From Strigamia acuminata (Eukaryota), in NCBI GenBank assembly GCA_949358305.1, contig OX442314.1, positions 10,726,001 to 10,790,000 on the forward strand: a stretch of 64,000 nucleotides of DNA. The letters run 5' to 3'. Shown one piece after another: positions 26,523 to 39,184 of this stretch. The first letter of the stretch is position 1; every line of letters begins with the position of its first letter. A program made the translations under genes and the position numbers. Below the pieces are notes generated by a model. The model was not told the origin of the DNA and did no database searches. It saw nothing but the letters and a program-made list of their open reading frames with translations.

Positions 26523-28586
26523 CTACACAAATACACATTTTGATTCCCGATAAGTTTCCGTTAAAGCTATTTTTTCTTCTCGACTATGACCGCACGTCGC
26601 CAGCGGAATACCGGTTTGTATCAAGTAACAAAAAGGTAAGCACCTCATGCAAAACCTGATGTCTTGTGGATTGACAACAGAAAATTCCACAAATTTTTTC
26701 AGCATAAACTCAATACTGCACACGTGAGAGTCGGCGCATGAACTGTAAGCGAGACAACGGCAAAATTCCTTCAACACAATCGTTTCATTTTCCAGTAAAG
26801 AATTTCTTCGAGTGACACAAATAAGTTCCAAAAAATCTCTATCCAGCTTTCCAGCTTCACACGCATCGATAATTTCAGATATTTTGTAAAAACTAATCAG
26901 CACCGGATCTTGAGGGTCTCCTAATCCTCTCAACTGGTCTACAATAAAGTCTAGTACAACTCTGTTGGTCCAAAAATTCTCAAACCCCCGCCCAAAAAAA
27001 GTCGCCAGTCTACACAAACTTTCTTCTAATTCGGATGCAACCGCTTCACTTATTCCTTCGGATGCAATTTCGGGAAGCCAGTTTCGAAATGCAGCGACAT
27101 TTTTGCATTCCACTGTTTCGCTGGTGAAGTGATGAATGAGAACCGATTTCTTAAGCCTGCTCATTTCACTCGCATTCGAGAAAGAAAAACTCAAAAATCT
27201 ATTAACTTTCGTCCACTTGTTCGCACTAATTTCGTTGCGAAGCAACCTGCGACAGATCTCGTTCGCTAAGTAGGAACAATGCACTTTAAAAGTTCTCATT
27301 TCACTCTCAGTCGTAATGTATTTATTTGCGATCGACTCCAGGAAATCCCAATGGAAATCATACGCTTTCTTAAAAAGTAAGTGAGCAACACATCTGTTCA
27401 AAATAATTCTTCTCTTTTTGATGTCCGTATCGTTAAGCAATAATAAATGGAAATTATCATAATCTTGCATCTCGCAAAGCATGTAGTGCACGAACGAATA
27501 ATGAAGCTCGTAACCACAATTCCTCATTTCCTCGGGAGCATTTCTCCAAAAACGAGTCAAACACACCCTGACTCTGTCTCGTTTGGACCAAGAACGTTGA
27601 ACAGACATGCTCATCGCGATATAGAAGGCGTCACCTAACGCGAACAAGTTTAGAACGCGGCTCGACTTGGGCGTGAACGAGTCCGTGTGCAAAAAAGGTA
27701 TCAGTACGGGCGCGACAGGTTTCAATCCGAATCCCGAAGACAAAATGGTCCACAATTGAGGCTCGTCCATCTCACCAAGTAGAAAGTTCATGATGCCAAC
27801 CTCGAATGTGCAGTAACAATCTTTGTCGTGCGTGTCATCGTCAAAGTGTGAAAGCAAGTCTTCCAATTTACTTTTTTCCCGGATTAGCAGCTTGACGATC
27901 GCATTTCTTTCGTACGGTGTCATGAGTGACCAGAAATACTCAACGCCACATGGGTTTGCGTGGTCTATGGACAGGGAAAACATTTTCACTTTCATGTTGA
28001 AAGGAATCTTCGAAGAGTCAGTTTTAATCGTCATCCTTTTCCAATATTTGTACATGATAGTTTTTAAGCCTGAGTCCTTTTGTTTGTCGAACATCTTTCT
28101 CAAATTGTTGCCACATTCGTTCGAAATGTCTTCCACGACATCTGCGATGCAACAGACGACGGCGAGGCAGAATCTGGATTCGAACGTCCATTCTTCTAAC
28201 TCTGAGAGAACCCTTGCTGTTTTGGTCATGTCTAGTTGTCCATATATTGACCATTTCGTGCATTGGATAATGCTTTTCGCTGATTGTAAATCGAGAATGC
28301 TTTGGCCAGTAAAAACGTGGGAAATTAAGAAATTATGCAAATCCTTCAACTGGTATCCGACGTGCTTCACCAAAGACCTCAACATCAATTTTACCTCGTT
28401 CGGAATATGAAACTCATCCACTAGTTTAGAAACTGCTTCCTCAGCTTCTGACCATCGCTTTCGACGACTCTCCCCGGTGTTTTTCTTGCTATTAATGTGA
28501 ATATTGTAATTATATTTCCATAGAAAAACCGAAGTTTTTACTAATGTGATGTGTTTTAGACTCGGCAAGTCCAAAATGGACTTCAT
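26523..28586 (-). CDS. Tandem family copy C, 687 aa
   Basis: Intact intronless paralog. Confidence 0.9.
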   Translation of the reverse strand: MKSILDLPSLKHITLVKTSVFLWKYNYNIHINSKKNTGESRRKRWSEAEEAVSKLVDEFHIPNEVKLMLRSLVKHVGYQLKDLHNFLISHVFTGQSILDLQSAKSIIQCTKWSIYGQLDMTKTARVLSELEEWTFESRFCLAVVCCIADVVEDISNECGNNLRKMFDKQKDSGLKTIMYKYWKRMTIKTDSSKIPFNMKVKMFSLSIDHANPCGVEYFWSLMTPYERNAIVKLLIREKSKLEDLLSHFDDDTHDKDCYCTFEVGIMNFLLGEMDEPQLWTILSSGFGLKPVAPVLIPFLHTDSFTPKSSRVLNLFALGDAFYIAMSMSVQRSWSKRDRVRVCLTRFWRNAPEEMRNCGYELHYSFVHYMLCEMQDYDNFHLLLLNDTDIKKRRIILNRCVAHLLFKKAYDFHWDFLESIANKYITTESEMRTFKVHCSYLANEICRRLLRNEISANKWTKVNRFLSFSFSNASEMSRLKKSVLIHHFTSETVECKNVAAFRNWLPEIASEGISEAVASELEESLCRLATFFGRGFENFWTNRVVLDFIVDQLRGLGDPQDPVLISFYKISEIIDACEAGKLDRDFLELICVTRRNSLLENETIVLKEFCRCLAYSSCADSHVCSIEFMLKKFVEFSVVNPQDIRFCMRCLPFCYLIQTGIPLATCGHSREEKIALTETYRESKCVFV

Positions 28587-28736
28587 GATTTGAAATTTAA
28601 AAAAGAATGTGTTCTTGAAGTGTAAAAATAAAAATATTCATTATTACTTTACAATAATAGTCTTGCCTGCTTTATTTAACATAACTCACTATCGAGCATA
28701 TTCTTGCAACTCCAGCTAGGCGTGAGTAATGCATCT

Positions 28737-28963
28737 TGGTGTGTTCTGTGCTTTGGATGGCTTTTGATTGTATGGATGTAGTTGGATGTAGTTAAGAACG
28801 AATGGAGTCACGAGGCAGTTGTTGTAAGCAGTGGTGTAGGAATGCGTTTATTTTAGTTTACACAAGAGGGTTCAAGTGGGTCAAGCCACCGGTCACTGAT
28901 TGGTGGATGCACAGATTCAAGTTGACCGGTGACGTCACAAGAATTGGAGTGCCAAACACTCCA
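28737..28963. mobile_element. Probable solo LTR, 227 bp
   Basis: TGGTGTGTT ... AAACACTCCA termini, 5-bp TSD CATCT on both sides; paralogous promoters E, G and H show the empty site GCATCTGAACAC. Confidence 0.75.
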
Positions 28964-28987
28964 CATCTGAACACTGCTTTTCCATTG

Positions 28988-29222
28988 CCCGGCCACGCGT
29001 TGCTGTGGCTACTAAATAAATCCCGTGGTAATAAATCTCGTGGAAATATATCCCGTGGAAATCCCATGGAAATCCCATGTAAACCCCGTGGAAATACATA
29101 AATCCCGTGGGAATAAATAAACCCTGTGGAAATAAATAAATTCCGTAGAAATAAATAAATCCCGTGGAAATCCCGTGAAAATAAATCCCGTGGAAATCCT
29201 GTGGAAATATATCCCGTGGAAT
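28988..29222 (+). mobile_element. Non-autonomous Helitron-like (Lep1/DINE-like) remnant with AAATCCCGTGG repeats
   Basis: CCCGGCCACGCGTTGCTGTGGC head followed by many ATCCCGTGG subrepeats; second copy at 46742. Confidence 0.5.
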
Positions 29223-29546
29223 CGTGTGTTGTATTTATGCCCAATAGATGGCGCTGTTTTTCCAAAGAAAAGCATGTTTTTACCTGTCACAAGTGTGACA
29301 TCCATATAAAAGTTGCCTCGGCTTTGTGTATCACTGAGTCACTGTTTTGTTAATTTGCTGGAATTAAGAACCATGGGACATGCCTCTCATCGAATTTTAT
29401 GTTTATTGTCCACACATTAGTGAATGTGTTTCACTTACAATTTAAAAAATTAATGCTAAAAATTGCTTTAAAAACGAGAAACAAACCGGTAAGTTCAGTT
29501 GAAGCTTAGTTGAAACACAGTTTAAACCTACACAAATATATATTTT

Positions 29547-29842
29547 TAATCCAGACAAGTATCCATTATATCTGTCAATTCTTCTCGACTACAACCGCTC
29601 GACGTCAACATCGTTTGGAGCAGATCTGGCACAACACAGTCCAGCATCAAACAACAACGGAAAGCACCTGATGCAATAACTCACAACGTGAGAACTGTAA
29701 AAGAAAATTTCATAAACTTTTCCAATATCGACTTATCACGGCACGTAAAATAGTCGGTGCACATTTTGTGAGCGAGACATCAGCAAAATTCATTAAATAC
29801 GACCATTTCATTGTCCAGTGAAATATTCCTCCGAGTTATATA
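29547..29842 (-). pseudogene. 3' remnant of a family copy (A/B-like)
   Basis: Reverse strand reads ...MLTSSGCSREELTDIMDTCLD*, homologous to the family C-terminus. Confidence 0.8.
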
Positions 29843-29984
29843 TGTTCCTATTGGATAGATTCGTTATTTTGCCACGTTTTACGAAAGTTGTGAGATTTTC
29901 TATTGCGCGCATTACGACGCAAAGGCCAATAAGATAGAGTTGCAATTGCTCAAGCCGCCATCTTTTATTGAAGGTAAAAGTTAA
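29843..29984 (+). pseudogene. MPEG1-like exon-2 3' fragment 1
   Basis: Matches 25362-25502 and continues into the same 3' UTR with AATAAA-like signal. Confidence 0.85.
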
Positions 29985-31053
29985 AGTTGTCCGTAAAGTA
30001 CTGCCGAAAAATAGCAATTGTTTGTTGTAAATCTATGTTTTGATGTAATTTGATGTACAAAACTGGATAAATTAAAAATGTGATCGGGTAAAATGTGTTT
30101 TATTTTGTTTGCTTAGTCGGTTTGCTTTAGTTTTACACTTGGGAGAGATGGGTGCCACCAATCAGTGCTATCCTCACAATCGGCAAAAAATTCTTTATCA
30201 CGTTTTAAGCATTTAAATTTACTACTTTTGCGCATAGAGAAATTGTTTTTACAACTGTTTGCTTCCCTGTATGGTCCATTATACTTAAATACCCTGTTAT
30301 TTTATGACGCTATTACTACAGTGTCGCCTGTATTTTCATATGAATAAATAATCACTGTATAATTTACCGTATGCAAATGCTCATTCCGCTCTACACCGAA
30401 TTTACGACTTTACAACATTCAATTTTTTACCAGTAAAAATAACGTACATGGCACAATGTCCAAATTTTTGTTAATTTGCTGGAATCACTTTTGGAGTGTT
30501 CGGCAAATCGGCACTCCATTTTCTTTCATGTTAATTTGTGACGCTGCCCTTGCGCAGCGCCAACTATGTATTTTGACCATGAATAAACACTTATGCTAAT
30601 CCTACACTGCCGACTGGTCACTTCCAAACTACATCCAGCTACAAATCCTTGCAATCCAATACAAATACAAGCACGAAACACATTTCAAATACTTATTCAA
30701 GACAGACTAAGTTTTATTAAATTTTGGCCGAGGCTATTTCCACAGATTTCGATAAAAATGATCTTGGAAATCGGTGGAAATAGACGCGTGTGGGCTATTT
30801 TCACCGATTTCGGTGGAAATGATCGCCAAGTTCTACTAAAATAATTGTTCAAAATTCTGGAAGAAAATATATTCTTCGTTTTTTTAGTTTAATGAAAAAA
30901 AATCTGATTTGGTTTACTAAGTAATTAATTTAAAAAAAAATGAAAAACATTTAAAATTTAAAATTAACAAAGTAAGAGCACAGCAGTATTTTTTTTTTAT
31001 TATTATTAAATTTGAGTATGGAATATAAATAAAATAAAATAAAATAAACAACT

Positions 31054-33184
31054 TCAAACTGCAGAAAAAAGCATTTTTTGTTCAAGTAAGTAAGTTTCCA
31101 TAAAATCTGTTTTTTCTTCTTGACTAAAACCGAACGACTTATGCAGCAAACCCTTTTGTATCAAGCTATAAAAAGATAAGCACTTCATGCAATAATTGAT
31201 GTCTTCTGAATTGACAACAGAACAGTCCACAAATTTTTGCATTAAAAACTCATGAGCGCAGATGCTAGAGTCTGCGCACAAACTGTAAGCGAGACAACAG
31301 CAAAATTCCTTGAACACCATTTCATTTTCCAGTAAAGCCTTTTTTCGAGGGACACAAATAAGTTCTAAAAAATCGCTGTCCAGCTTTCCAGCTTCACACG
31401 CATCGATAATTTCAGATATTTTGTAAAAACTAATCAGCACCGGATCTTGAAGGTCTCCAAATCCGTCCAACTTTTCATTAATAAAGTCTAGTACAATTCT
31501 GTTGACACAAAAATCGCACATCTGTTTTGCAAGAAAGTCTAATACAATTTTGTTGGTCTCAAAATTCTCACACCCCCGCCCAAAAAAAGTCGCCAGTCGA
31601 CACAAACTTTCTTCTAATTCGGATGCAACCGCCTCACTCATTCCTTCGGATGTAATTTCGGGAAGCCAGTTTCGAAATGCAGCGACATTTTTGCATTCCA
31701 CTGTTTCGCTGGTGAAGTGTTGAATGAGAACCGATTTCTTAAGCCTGCTCATTTTACTCGCATTCGAGAAACAAAAACTCAAAAATCTATCAAGTTTCGT
31801 CCACTTGTTCGCACTTATTTCGTTGTGAAGCAACCTGCGACAGATCTCGTTCGCAAAGTAGGAACATTGCTCTTTAAAAGTTGTCATTTCACTCTCAGTC
31901 GTGATGTATTTATTTGCGATCGACTCCAGGAAATCCCAATGGAAATCATACATTTTTTTAAAAAGTAATTGAGCAACACATCTGTTCAAAATCATTCTTC
32001 TTTTTTTGATGCCCGTATCGTTAAGCAATAATAAATGGAAATTATCAAAATCTTGCATCTCGCAAAGCATGTAGTGAACGAACGAATATTTATGTTCGTA
32101 ACGACAAGTCTTCATTTCCTCGGGAGCATTTCTCCAAAAACGAATCAAACACTCCTTGACTCTGTCTCGTTTGGACCAAGGAAGGAACGCATACTGGCTC
32201 ATCGCGTCATAGAAGTCGTCGCCCGACGCGAACAGGTTTAGAACGCGGCTCGACTTGGGCGTTAACGAGTCCGTGTGCAGAAAATGTATCAGCACGGGTG
32301 CAACAGGTTTCAATCCGTATCCCGAATACAAAATGGTCGTCATTTGATGCTCGTCCAACTCCCCAAGTAGAAAGTTCATGATGCCAATCTCGAATGTGCA
32401 GAAACAATTTTTGTCGTGTGGGTCATCGTAGAAGTGTGAAATCAAGTCTTCCAATTTACTTTCTTGCCGGATTAGCAGCTGGATGATCGCATTTCTTTCG
32501 TACGGTGTCATGAGGGACCAGAAATATTCAACGCCACATGGGTTTGCTAGGTCTATGGAGAGGGAAAACATTTTGACTTTCATGTTGAAAGGAATCTTTG
32601 AAGAGTCGGTTTTAATCGTCATCCTTTTCCAATATTTGTACATAATAGTTTTTAACTTTGAGTCCTTTTGTTTGTCAAAAATCTTTTTTCAAAATGTTTC
32701 CACATTTATTCGAAATATCTTCCACGACATCTGCGATGCAACAAACGACGGCGAGGCAAAATCTGGATTCGACCGTCCATTCCTTTAACTCTGAGAGAAC
32801 CTTTGCTGTTTTGGTCATGTCTAATTGTCCATATATTGACCATTTCGTGCATTGGATAATGGTTTTCGCTAATTGTCCATTGATAAGAAAGCTTTGGCTA
32901 ATAAAAACGTGGGAAAATAAGAAATTAAGCACATCCCACAACTGGCATCCGACGTGCTTCGCCAAAGACTTCAACAGTAATTTTAACTCGTTCGGAATAA
33001 GAAATTCATCCACTAGTTTGGAAACTGCTTCCTCACCTTCTGCCCATCGCCTTCGAAAACTGTTTGGAGTGGTTTTCTTGCTATTAATTTGAATATTGAA
33101 AGGAGGATTATATTTCCATAGTAAAACCGAAGTTTTTACTAATGTGATGTGTTTTAAACTCGGCAAGTCCAAAATGGACTTCAT
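31054..33184 (-). pseudogene. Tandem family copy D, frameshifted (709 aa if corrected)
   Basis: T6 at 32684-32689 versus T5 in the otherwise near-identical copy H segment; ORF track splits into 187 and 529 aa. Confidence 0.85.
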
Positions 33185-33333
33185 GATTTGAATTTGAAAA
33201 AAAAAGTGTTGTTGAATTGTAAAAATAAAAATATTCATTATTACTTTACAATAATAGTCTTGCCTGCTTTATTTAACATAACTCACTATCGCACATATTC
33301 TTGCCACTCTATTTAGGCGTGAGTAGTGCATCT

Positions 33334-33503
33334 TGTGACGGTTGTAAAACCGTGAAGTTCGAAAGTTCCCGACAGATGACGCTGTTCAAATGAACGTGCG
33401 TAGTTTAAATATATAACCAGAGTTGTAGTGATTATTATGACTAAACCGATAAATATAAGTTATATATTAACCTGAATAAAGTATTATTTAGTATAACATT
33501 GAT
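33334..33503 (+). mobile_element. 5' fragment of an LTR related to the 59903 LTR
   Basis: Starts TGTGACGG; shares AGATG.CGCTGTT and AAGTATTATTT blocks with 46965 and 59903. Confidence 0.6.
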
Positions 33504-33858
33504 TAGTTTTGGTCATGTCTAACTGTCCATTGCGTGCATTGGATGAGTTCACGAATGTTACGTCGAGAAATTTGATGTCGTTAAAAACTTGGGGAACTAA
33601 GAATTTCAGCAAATCCCACAATTGCTTTCCGACATGCCAAACCAACCATTTCAGCATGGGTTTCAAAACGTTCGGAATGACTAAAGCTTTCACAAGTTCA
33701 CAAATTGTTGCTTGGGTGTGTAACCATCGCTTCTTACGACTGTTTGTAGTCACTTCTTTGCAATTAATATGATTGATAAAATAGTATTTCCACAGCAAAA
33801 CTGAAGTTCTTGCTAGTGAAATATACTGTAGTCTCGGCAAGTCAAAAATGGTTCTCGT
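33504..33858 (-). pseudogene. N-terminal remnant of a family copy
   Basis: (ACG)RTIFDLPRLQYISLARTSVLLWKY...IPNVLKPML; truncated at the LTR fragment. Confidence 0.85.
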
Positions 33859-34032
33859 GCTTTGGAATTTCCAACCAAACAGTTGTACAATGTGTTATAC
33901 TGTATATTCCACATACACAGTTCAGTTCTTTGCCGTTCGACAACTTTGTCGAGCTATCGACTTCATAAAACCTAAGAGATTAAAAATTAAAAATTTAAAT
34001 TCAATTAAAAATAATTTGTATTGATTTCTTAC

Positions 34033-34189
34033 TTGTGATTTACCCACGTGTCCTATTGGATATACTCGCCATTTTGCCACGTTTTACGAAAGCTGTGAGA
34101 TTTTCTATTGCGCGCATTACGGCGCAAAAGCCAATAAGATAGAGTTGCAATTGCTCAAGCCGCCATCTTTTATAGAAGGTGTTAGTTAA
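34033..34189 (+). pseudogene. MPEG1-like exon-2 3' fragment 2
   Basis: LPTCPIGYTRHFATFYESCEIFYCAHYGAKANKIELQLLKPP plus 3' UTR. Confidence 0.85.
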
Positions 34190-34708
34190 AGTTGTCCGTA
34201 AAGTATTGCCGAAAAAGAAGCAAGCGTTTGTTGTAAATCTATGTCTTTGATGTAATTTGGTGTACTGAATAAATTAAAAATGTGATCGGGTAAAATGTGT
34301 TTTATTTTGTTTGCTTAGTCGGTTTGGTTTCATTTTACACTTGAGAGAGATCGTTGCCATCAATCGTCGCTATCCTCACAATCGGCCAAAAATTCTTTAT
34401 CACATTTTAAGCATTTAAATTTACTACTTTTGTGCATAGATAAATTGTTTTTAAAACTGTGTTTGCTTTCCTGAACGGTCCAAAACACCTAAAATGCCTT
34501 GTTATTTTATTCCCCTGTATTTTATTTCCAATTTTTTGTTAATTTGCTGGAATTAAGTTATTGGACACACATCACTTTTATTAAATTTTACGTTACATTG
34601 GCCACCATAATTATCCAGTGTGGTAGCGAATTTCAAGAATTATTGCTAAAAGTCTACAACGTTAAGTGTTTGTTGAAGCACAACGTGAAACTACTCAAAT
34701 ATAAATTT

Positions 34709-36835
34709 TTACTCCAGATAAGTTTCCATAAAATCTGTTATTTCTTCTTGACTATAACCGCACGACATCAGCAGCGTATTGAGTTGATTTTGGTCAGAAT
34801 CGTCTTGTAGCATGTAACAAAAAGGTAAGCACCTCATGCAATAACTGATGTCTTGTGAATTGACAAAAGAATAATCCAAAAATTTTTTCATTGCCAACTT
34901 ATGATTGTACACGTCAGAGTGTGCGCACACATTGTAAGCGAGACAACAGCAAAATTCCTTGAACACAACCATTTCATTGTCCGGTAAAGTATTACTTCGA
35001 GTGACACAAATAAGTTCCAAAAAATCGCTATCCAGCTTCCCAGCTTCACATGCATCGATAATTTCAGATATTTTGTAAAAACTAATCAGCACCGGTTTTT
35101 CAAGGTCTCCAACGTTGTTCCACAGTAATGCACCGAAGCACCATGTACTCGCTAAACACCCAAAATAACGCACCAGTGTAGATAAACTTTCTTCTAAGTC
35201 GGACGCAACCGCATCACTCATTCCTTCGGATGCAACTTCGGGAAGCCAGAATCGAAATATATCGATCGAATTCGAATCCACTGTGTCGCTGGTGAAGTGG
35301 TGAAAGAGAACCGATTTCTTAAGTCTGCTCATTTCCCTCGCATTCGGGAAACAAAAACTCAAAAATCTATTGAGTTTCGTCCACTTGTTCGCTCTAATTT
35401 CGTTGTCACGCACCGATTTCTTTTCACTCGAGAAAGGAGGACTCAAATCTTGATCAAATTTCGTCCACTCGTACGCACTAATTTCGTTGTCAAGCAACCT
35501 GCGACAGATCTCGTTCGCAAAGTAGGAACAATGCACTTTAAAAGTTGTCATTTCACTCGCAGTCGTGATGTATTTATTTGCAACCGACTCCAGAAAATCC
35601 CAATGGAAATCATACGTTTTCGTAAAAAGCAAGTGAGCAACACACCTGCTCAAAATCATTCTTCTTTTTTTAATGTCCGTATCGTTAAGCAATAATAAAT
35701 GGAAATTATCAAAATCTCGCATCTCGCAAAGCATGTAGTGAACGAACGAATATTTAAGCTCGTAACGACAATTCCTCATTTCCTCGGGAGCATTTCTCCA
35801 AAAACGAATCAAACACTCCTTGACTCTGTCTCGTTTGGACCAAGAACGAACAGACTTGCTCATCACGTCATAGAAGTCGTCAGCCGACGCCATCAGGTTT
35901 AGGACCCGGCTCGACTTGGGCGTGAACGAGTCCGTGTGCAAAAAATGTATCAGTACGGGCGCGATAGGTCTCAATCCGAATTCCGAAAACAAAATGGCCC
36001 TCATTTGATGCTCGTCCATCTCACCAAGTAGAAAGTTCATGATGCCCGTCTCGAACGTGCAGTAACAATCTTCGTTGTGTGGGTCATCGTAGAAGTGTGA
36101 AATCAAGTCTTCCAATTTACTATCTGGATAGATTAGCAGCTTGACGATCGCAGTTCTTTCGTACGATGTCATGAGTGACCAGAAATATTCAACGCCACAT
36201 TGGTTTGCGTGGTCTATGGAGAGGGAAAACATTTTGACTTTCTTGTTGAAAGGGATCTTTGAAGAGTCGGTTTTAATCGTCATCCTTTTCCAATATTTGC
36301 ACATAATCGTTTTTACGTTTGAGTCCTTTTGTTTGTCGAACATCCTTTTAAAAATGTTGCCATGTTCGTTCGAAATATCTTCCACGACGTCTGCGACGCA
36401 ACAGACGACGGCGAGGCAGAATCTGGATTCGACCGTCCATTCTTCTAACTCTGATAGAACTCTTGCTGTTTTGGTCATGTCCAGTTGTCCATATATTGAC
36501 CATTTCGTGCATTGGATAATGCTTTTCGCTGATTGTAAATCGAGAATGCTTTGGCCAGTAAAAACGTGGGAAATTAAGAAATTGAATAAATCCTTCAACT
36601 GGCATCCGACGTGCTTCACCAAAGATTCCAACATTAATTTTAACTCTTTCGGAATATCAAACTCATCCACTAGATCAGAAATTACTTCCTCAGCATCTGA
36701 CCATCGCTTTCGACGACTCTCTAAGGTGTTTTTCTTGCAATTAAATTGAATATTGAAATTATATTTCCATAGTAAAACCGAAGTTTCTACTAAGGTGATA
36801 TGTTTTAGACTCGGCAAGTCCAAAATGGACTTCAT
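34709..36835 (-). CDS. Tandem family copy E, 708 aa
   Basis: Intact intronless paralog with an internal duplication near aa 455-485. Confidence 0.9.
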   Translation of the reverse strand: MKSILDLPSLKHITLVETSVLLWKYNFNIQFNCKKNTLESRRKRWSDAEEVISDLVDEFDIPKELKLMLESLVKHVGCQLKDLFNFLISHVFTGQSILDLQSAKSIIQCTKWSIYGQLDMTKTARVLSELEEWTVESRFCLAVVCCVADVVEDISNEHGNIFKRMFDKQKDSNVKTIMCKYWKRMTIKTDSSKIPFNKKVKMFSLSIDHANQCGVEYFWSLMTSYERTAIVKLLIYPDSKLEDLISHFYDDPHNEDCYCTFETGIMNFLLGEMDEHQMRAILFSEFGLRPIAPVLIHFLHTDSFTPKSSRVLNLMASADDFYDVMSKSVRSWSKRDRVKECLIRFWRNAPEEMRNCRYELKYSFVHYMLCEMRDFDNFHLLLLNDTDIKKRRMILSRCVAHLLFTKTYDFHWDFLESVANKYITTASEMTTFKVHCSYFANEICRRLLDNEISAYEWTKFDQDLSPPFSSEKKSVRDNEIRANKWTKLNRFLSFCFPNAREMSRLKKSVLFHHFTSDTVDSNSIDIFRFWLPEVASEGMSDAVASDLEESLSTLVRYFGCLASTWCFGALLWNNVGDLEKPVLISFYKISEIIDACEAGKLDSDFLELICVTRSNTLPDNEMVVFKEFCCCLAYNVCAHSDVYNHKLAMKKFLDYSFVNSQDISYCMRCLPFCYMLQDDSDQNQLNTLLMSCGYSQEEITDFMETYLE

Positions 36836-37687
36836 GGTTGAAATTTTAAAAAAGAATGTGTTGTTGTATTCTAAAAATTAAAATATTCATTATTACTTTA
36901 CAATAATAGTCTTGCCTGCTTTATTTAACATAACTCACTATCGAGCATATTCTTGCCACTCCACCTAGGTGTGAGTAATGCATCTGAACACCGCTTTTCC
37001 ATATATTTGTAAATGATAATATTTGTGGATAATTGACCCTATTGTCGTTATTTTTTGTATCAACTGGTTAAAATCACGAATGACAACAGATGTAAAGAAT
37101 TCAAAGTCGGTTTTTAATGCTCCTGGTGCTAACCCAAGTAAAACTATATTTGTAATTTGCATTACACGCTCCTGCACTGGTGCTAACTCAAAAAATGAAC
37201 GCAGGGATCCGCCACCTGGTGATGTCGAAGCAAACTGAAGCTACCGGTAGTTGACTGCATTTTATTAGTCGTCGTTACCAAATCTATTATGGAATTCATA
37301 GTTTTCGCTTTTTAAAATTAAAAGTATCACTTAAAGGTGTTAAAACTATTTCTCGAGGGTATCATGACCTGACAATTAATTTAATACAAAAAATTTAACC
37401 AAACTTGATGTACACTAAAATAAATATAAGAAAATACATTGCCATCAATCTGTCCAGCAATATAACATTTAACATTTTTTTTGAAAATATATTAATTTAT
37501 TACAAGTTGCCTCAGCCTTGTTTATTGTCCACACATTAGTGAAAGTGTTTCACTTAAAATTTAAAAAATTAATGCTAAAAATTGCACAAACTTTCGGCTT
37601 TAGAAACGAGAAGCAAACTGGTAAATTTAGTTGAAACTTAGTTGAAACAGTTTGAACCTACACAAACATGTATGTTTAATCCTAATG

Positions 37688-38198
37688 CACAGATTACAAA
37701 TTCCCAAACTTTCTAACCGGCAATGCCACTTGCCCCGTAGGATACGACGACGTTATGATATTTAAGAAAACTGTCTACTACACGTGTCCAAGCACTTTCG
37801 AGACGCATTGGTGCAGCACGACCGAAGTGGTCACCACCGTGACTTACCGTTTCGGCGGAATGTACAGCTCGTACGTGACCAATTTCCTCACCGGAAGCCG
37901 CAATTGTCCGCCCTACTTTCACCCGCTGCCCATCTTGAGCATCCAGATTTGCACGAGCTACCAGTACACCGATAAGGACAGCGGCGGTTTGCAGAATATC
38001 CATTTGGGAGGGTTTATAGTGATTTGTACGAGTTAAGATCTTGTGCATTTACCCGCGTGTCCTATTGGGAATACTCGTCATTTTGCCTCGTTTTACGAAA
38101 GTTGTGAGATTTTCTATTGCGCGCATTACGGCGCAAAGGCCAATAAGATCGAGTTGCAATTGCTCAAGCCGCCAACGTTTATTGAAGGTGGAACTTAA
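37688..38198 (+). pseudogene. MPEG1-like exon-2 long fragment 3
   Basis: Matches 24961-25502 with a 30-bp deletion and premature TAA at 38034-38036. Confidence 0.9.
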
Positions 38199-38516
38199 AG
38201 TTGTCCGTAAAGTATTGCCGAAAAAATAGCAAGTGTTTGTTGTAAATTTATGTCTTTGATGTAGTTTGATGTACAAAACTGAATAAATTAAAAATGTGAT
38301 CGGGTAAAATGTGTTTTATTTTGTTTGCTTAGTCGGTTTGGTTTCATTTTAGACTTGGGAGAGATTGGTGCCACCAATTCAATTTTTTACCAGTAAAAAT
38401 AACGAACATAGCACGATGTCCAAATTTTTGTTAATTTGCTGGAATCACTTTTGGAGTGTTCGGCACTCCATTTTCTTTCATGTTAATTTGTGACCCTGCC
38501 CTTGCGCAGCGCCAAC

Positions 38517-38727
38517 CAGTGGCGGATCTAGCACCGGGCTATCGGGGCTTGAGCCCCGGGCCCCCAAATTTTAGGGGGCCCCCGAGACTCTGGGCCATGT
38601 ATTAAAAAATAAAAAAAAAAAGGTCGCTAAAAAAAAAAAAAAGAAGAAAGATCGCGAAAAAATTTTGAGAAAGGGGCCCCGAAAAAACCTCAAGCCCCGG
38701 GCCCCCGGAAAGCTAGATCCGCCCCTG
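38517..38727. mobile_element. hAT-type MITE
   Basis: TIRs CAGTGGCGGATCTAG ... CTAGATCCGCCCCTG; 8-bp TSD GCGCCAAC; empty site near 30557. Confidence 0.9.
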
Positions 38728-39184
38728 GCGCCAACTATGTCTTTTGACCATGAATAAACACTTATGCTAATTCTACACTGCCGACTGGTCACTTCCAAAC
38801 TACATCCAGCTACAAATCCTTGCAATCCAATACAAATCCAAGCACGAAACACATTTCAAATATTACAAGTTAGTCAAAGACAGACTATTTTCACAGATTT
38901 CGGAAAAAATGATCTTGGAAATCGGTGGAAATAGACCGATTTCGGTGGAAATGATCGCCAAGTTCTACTAAAATAACTGTTCATTATTCTAGAAGAAAAT
39001 ATATTCTTCGTTTTTTTAGTTTAATGAAAAAAAATCTAATTTGGTTTACTAAGTGATTAATTTAAAACAAAATGAAAAACATTTAAAATTTAAAATTAAC
39101 AAAATAAGAGCACAGCAGTATTTTTTTTTATTATTATTAAATTTGAGTATAGAATATAAATAAAATAAAATAAAATAAACAACT

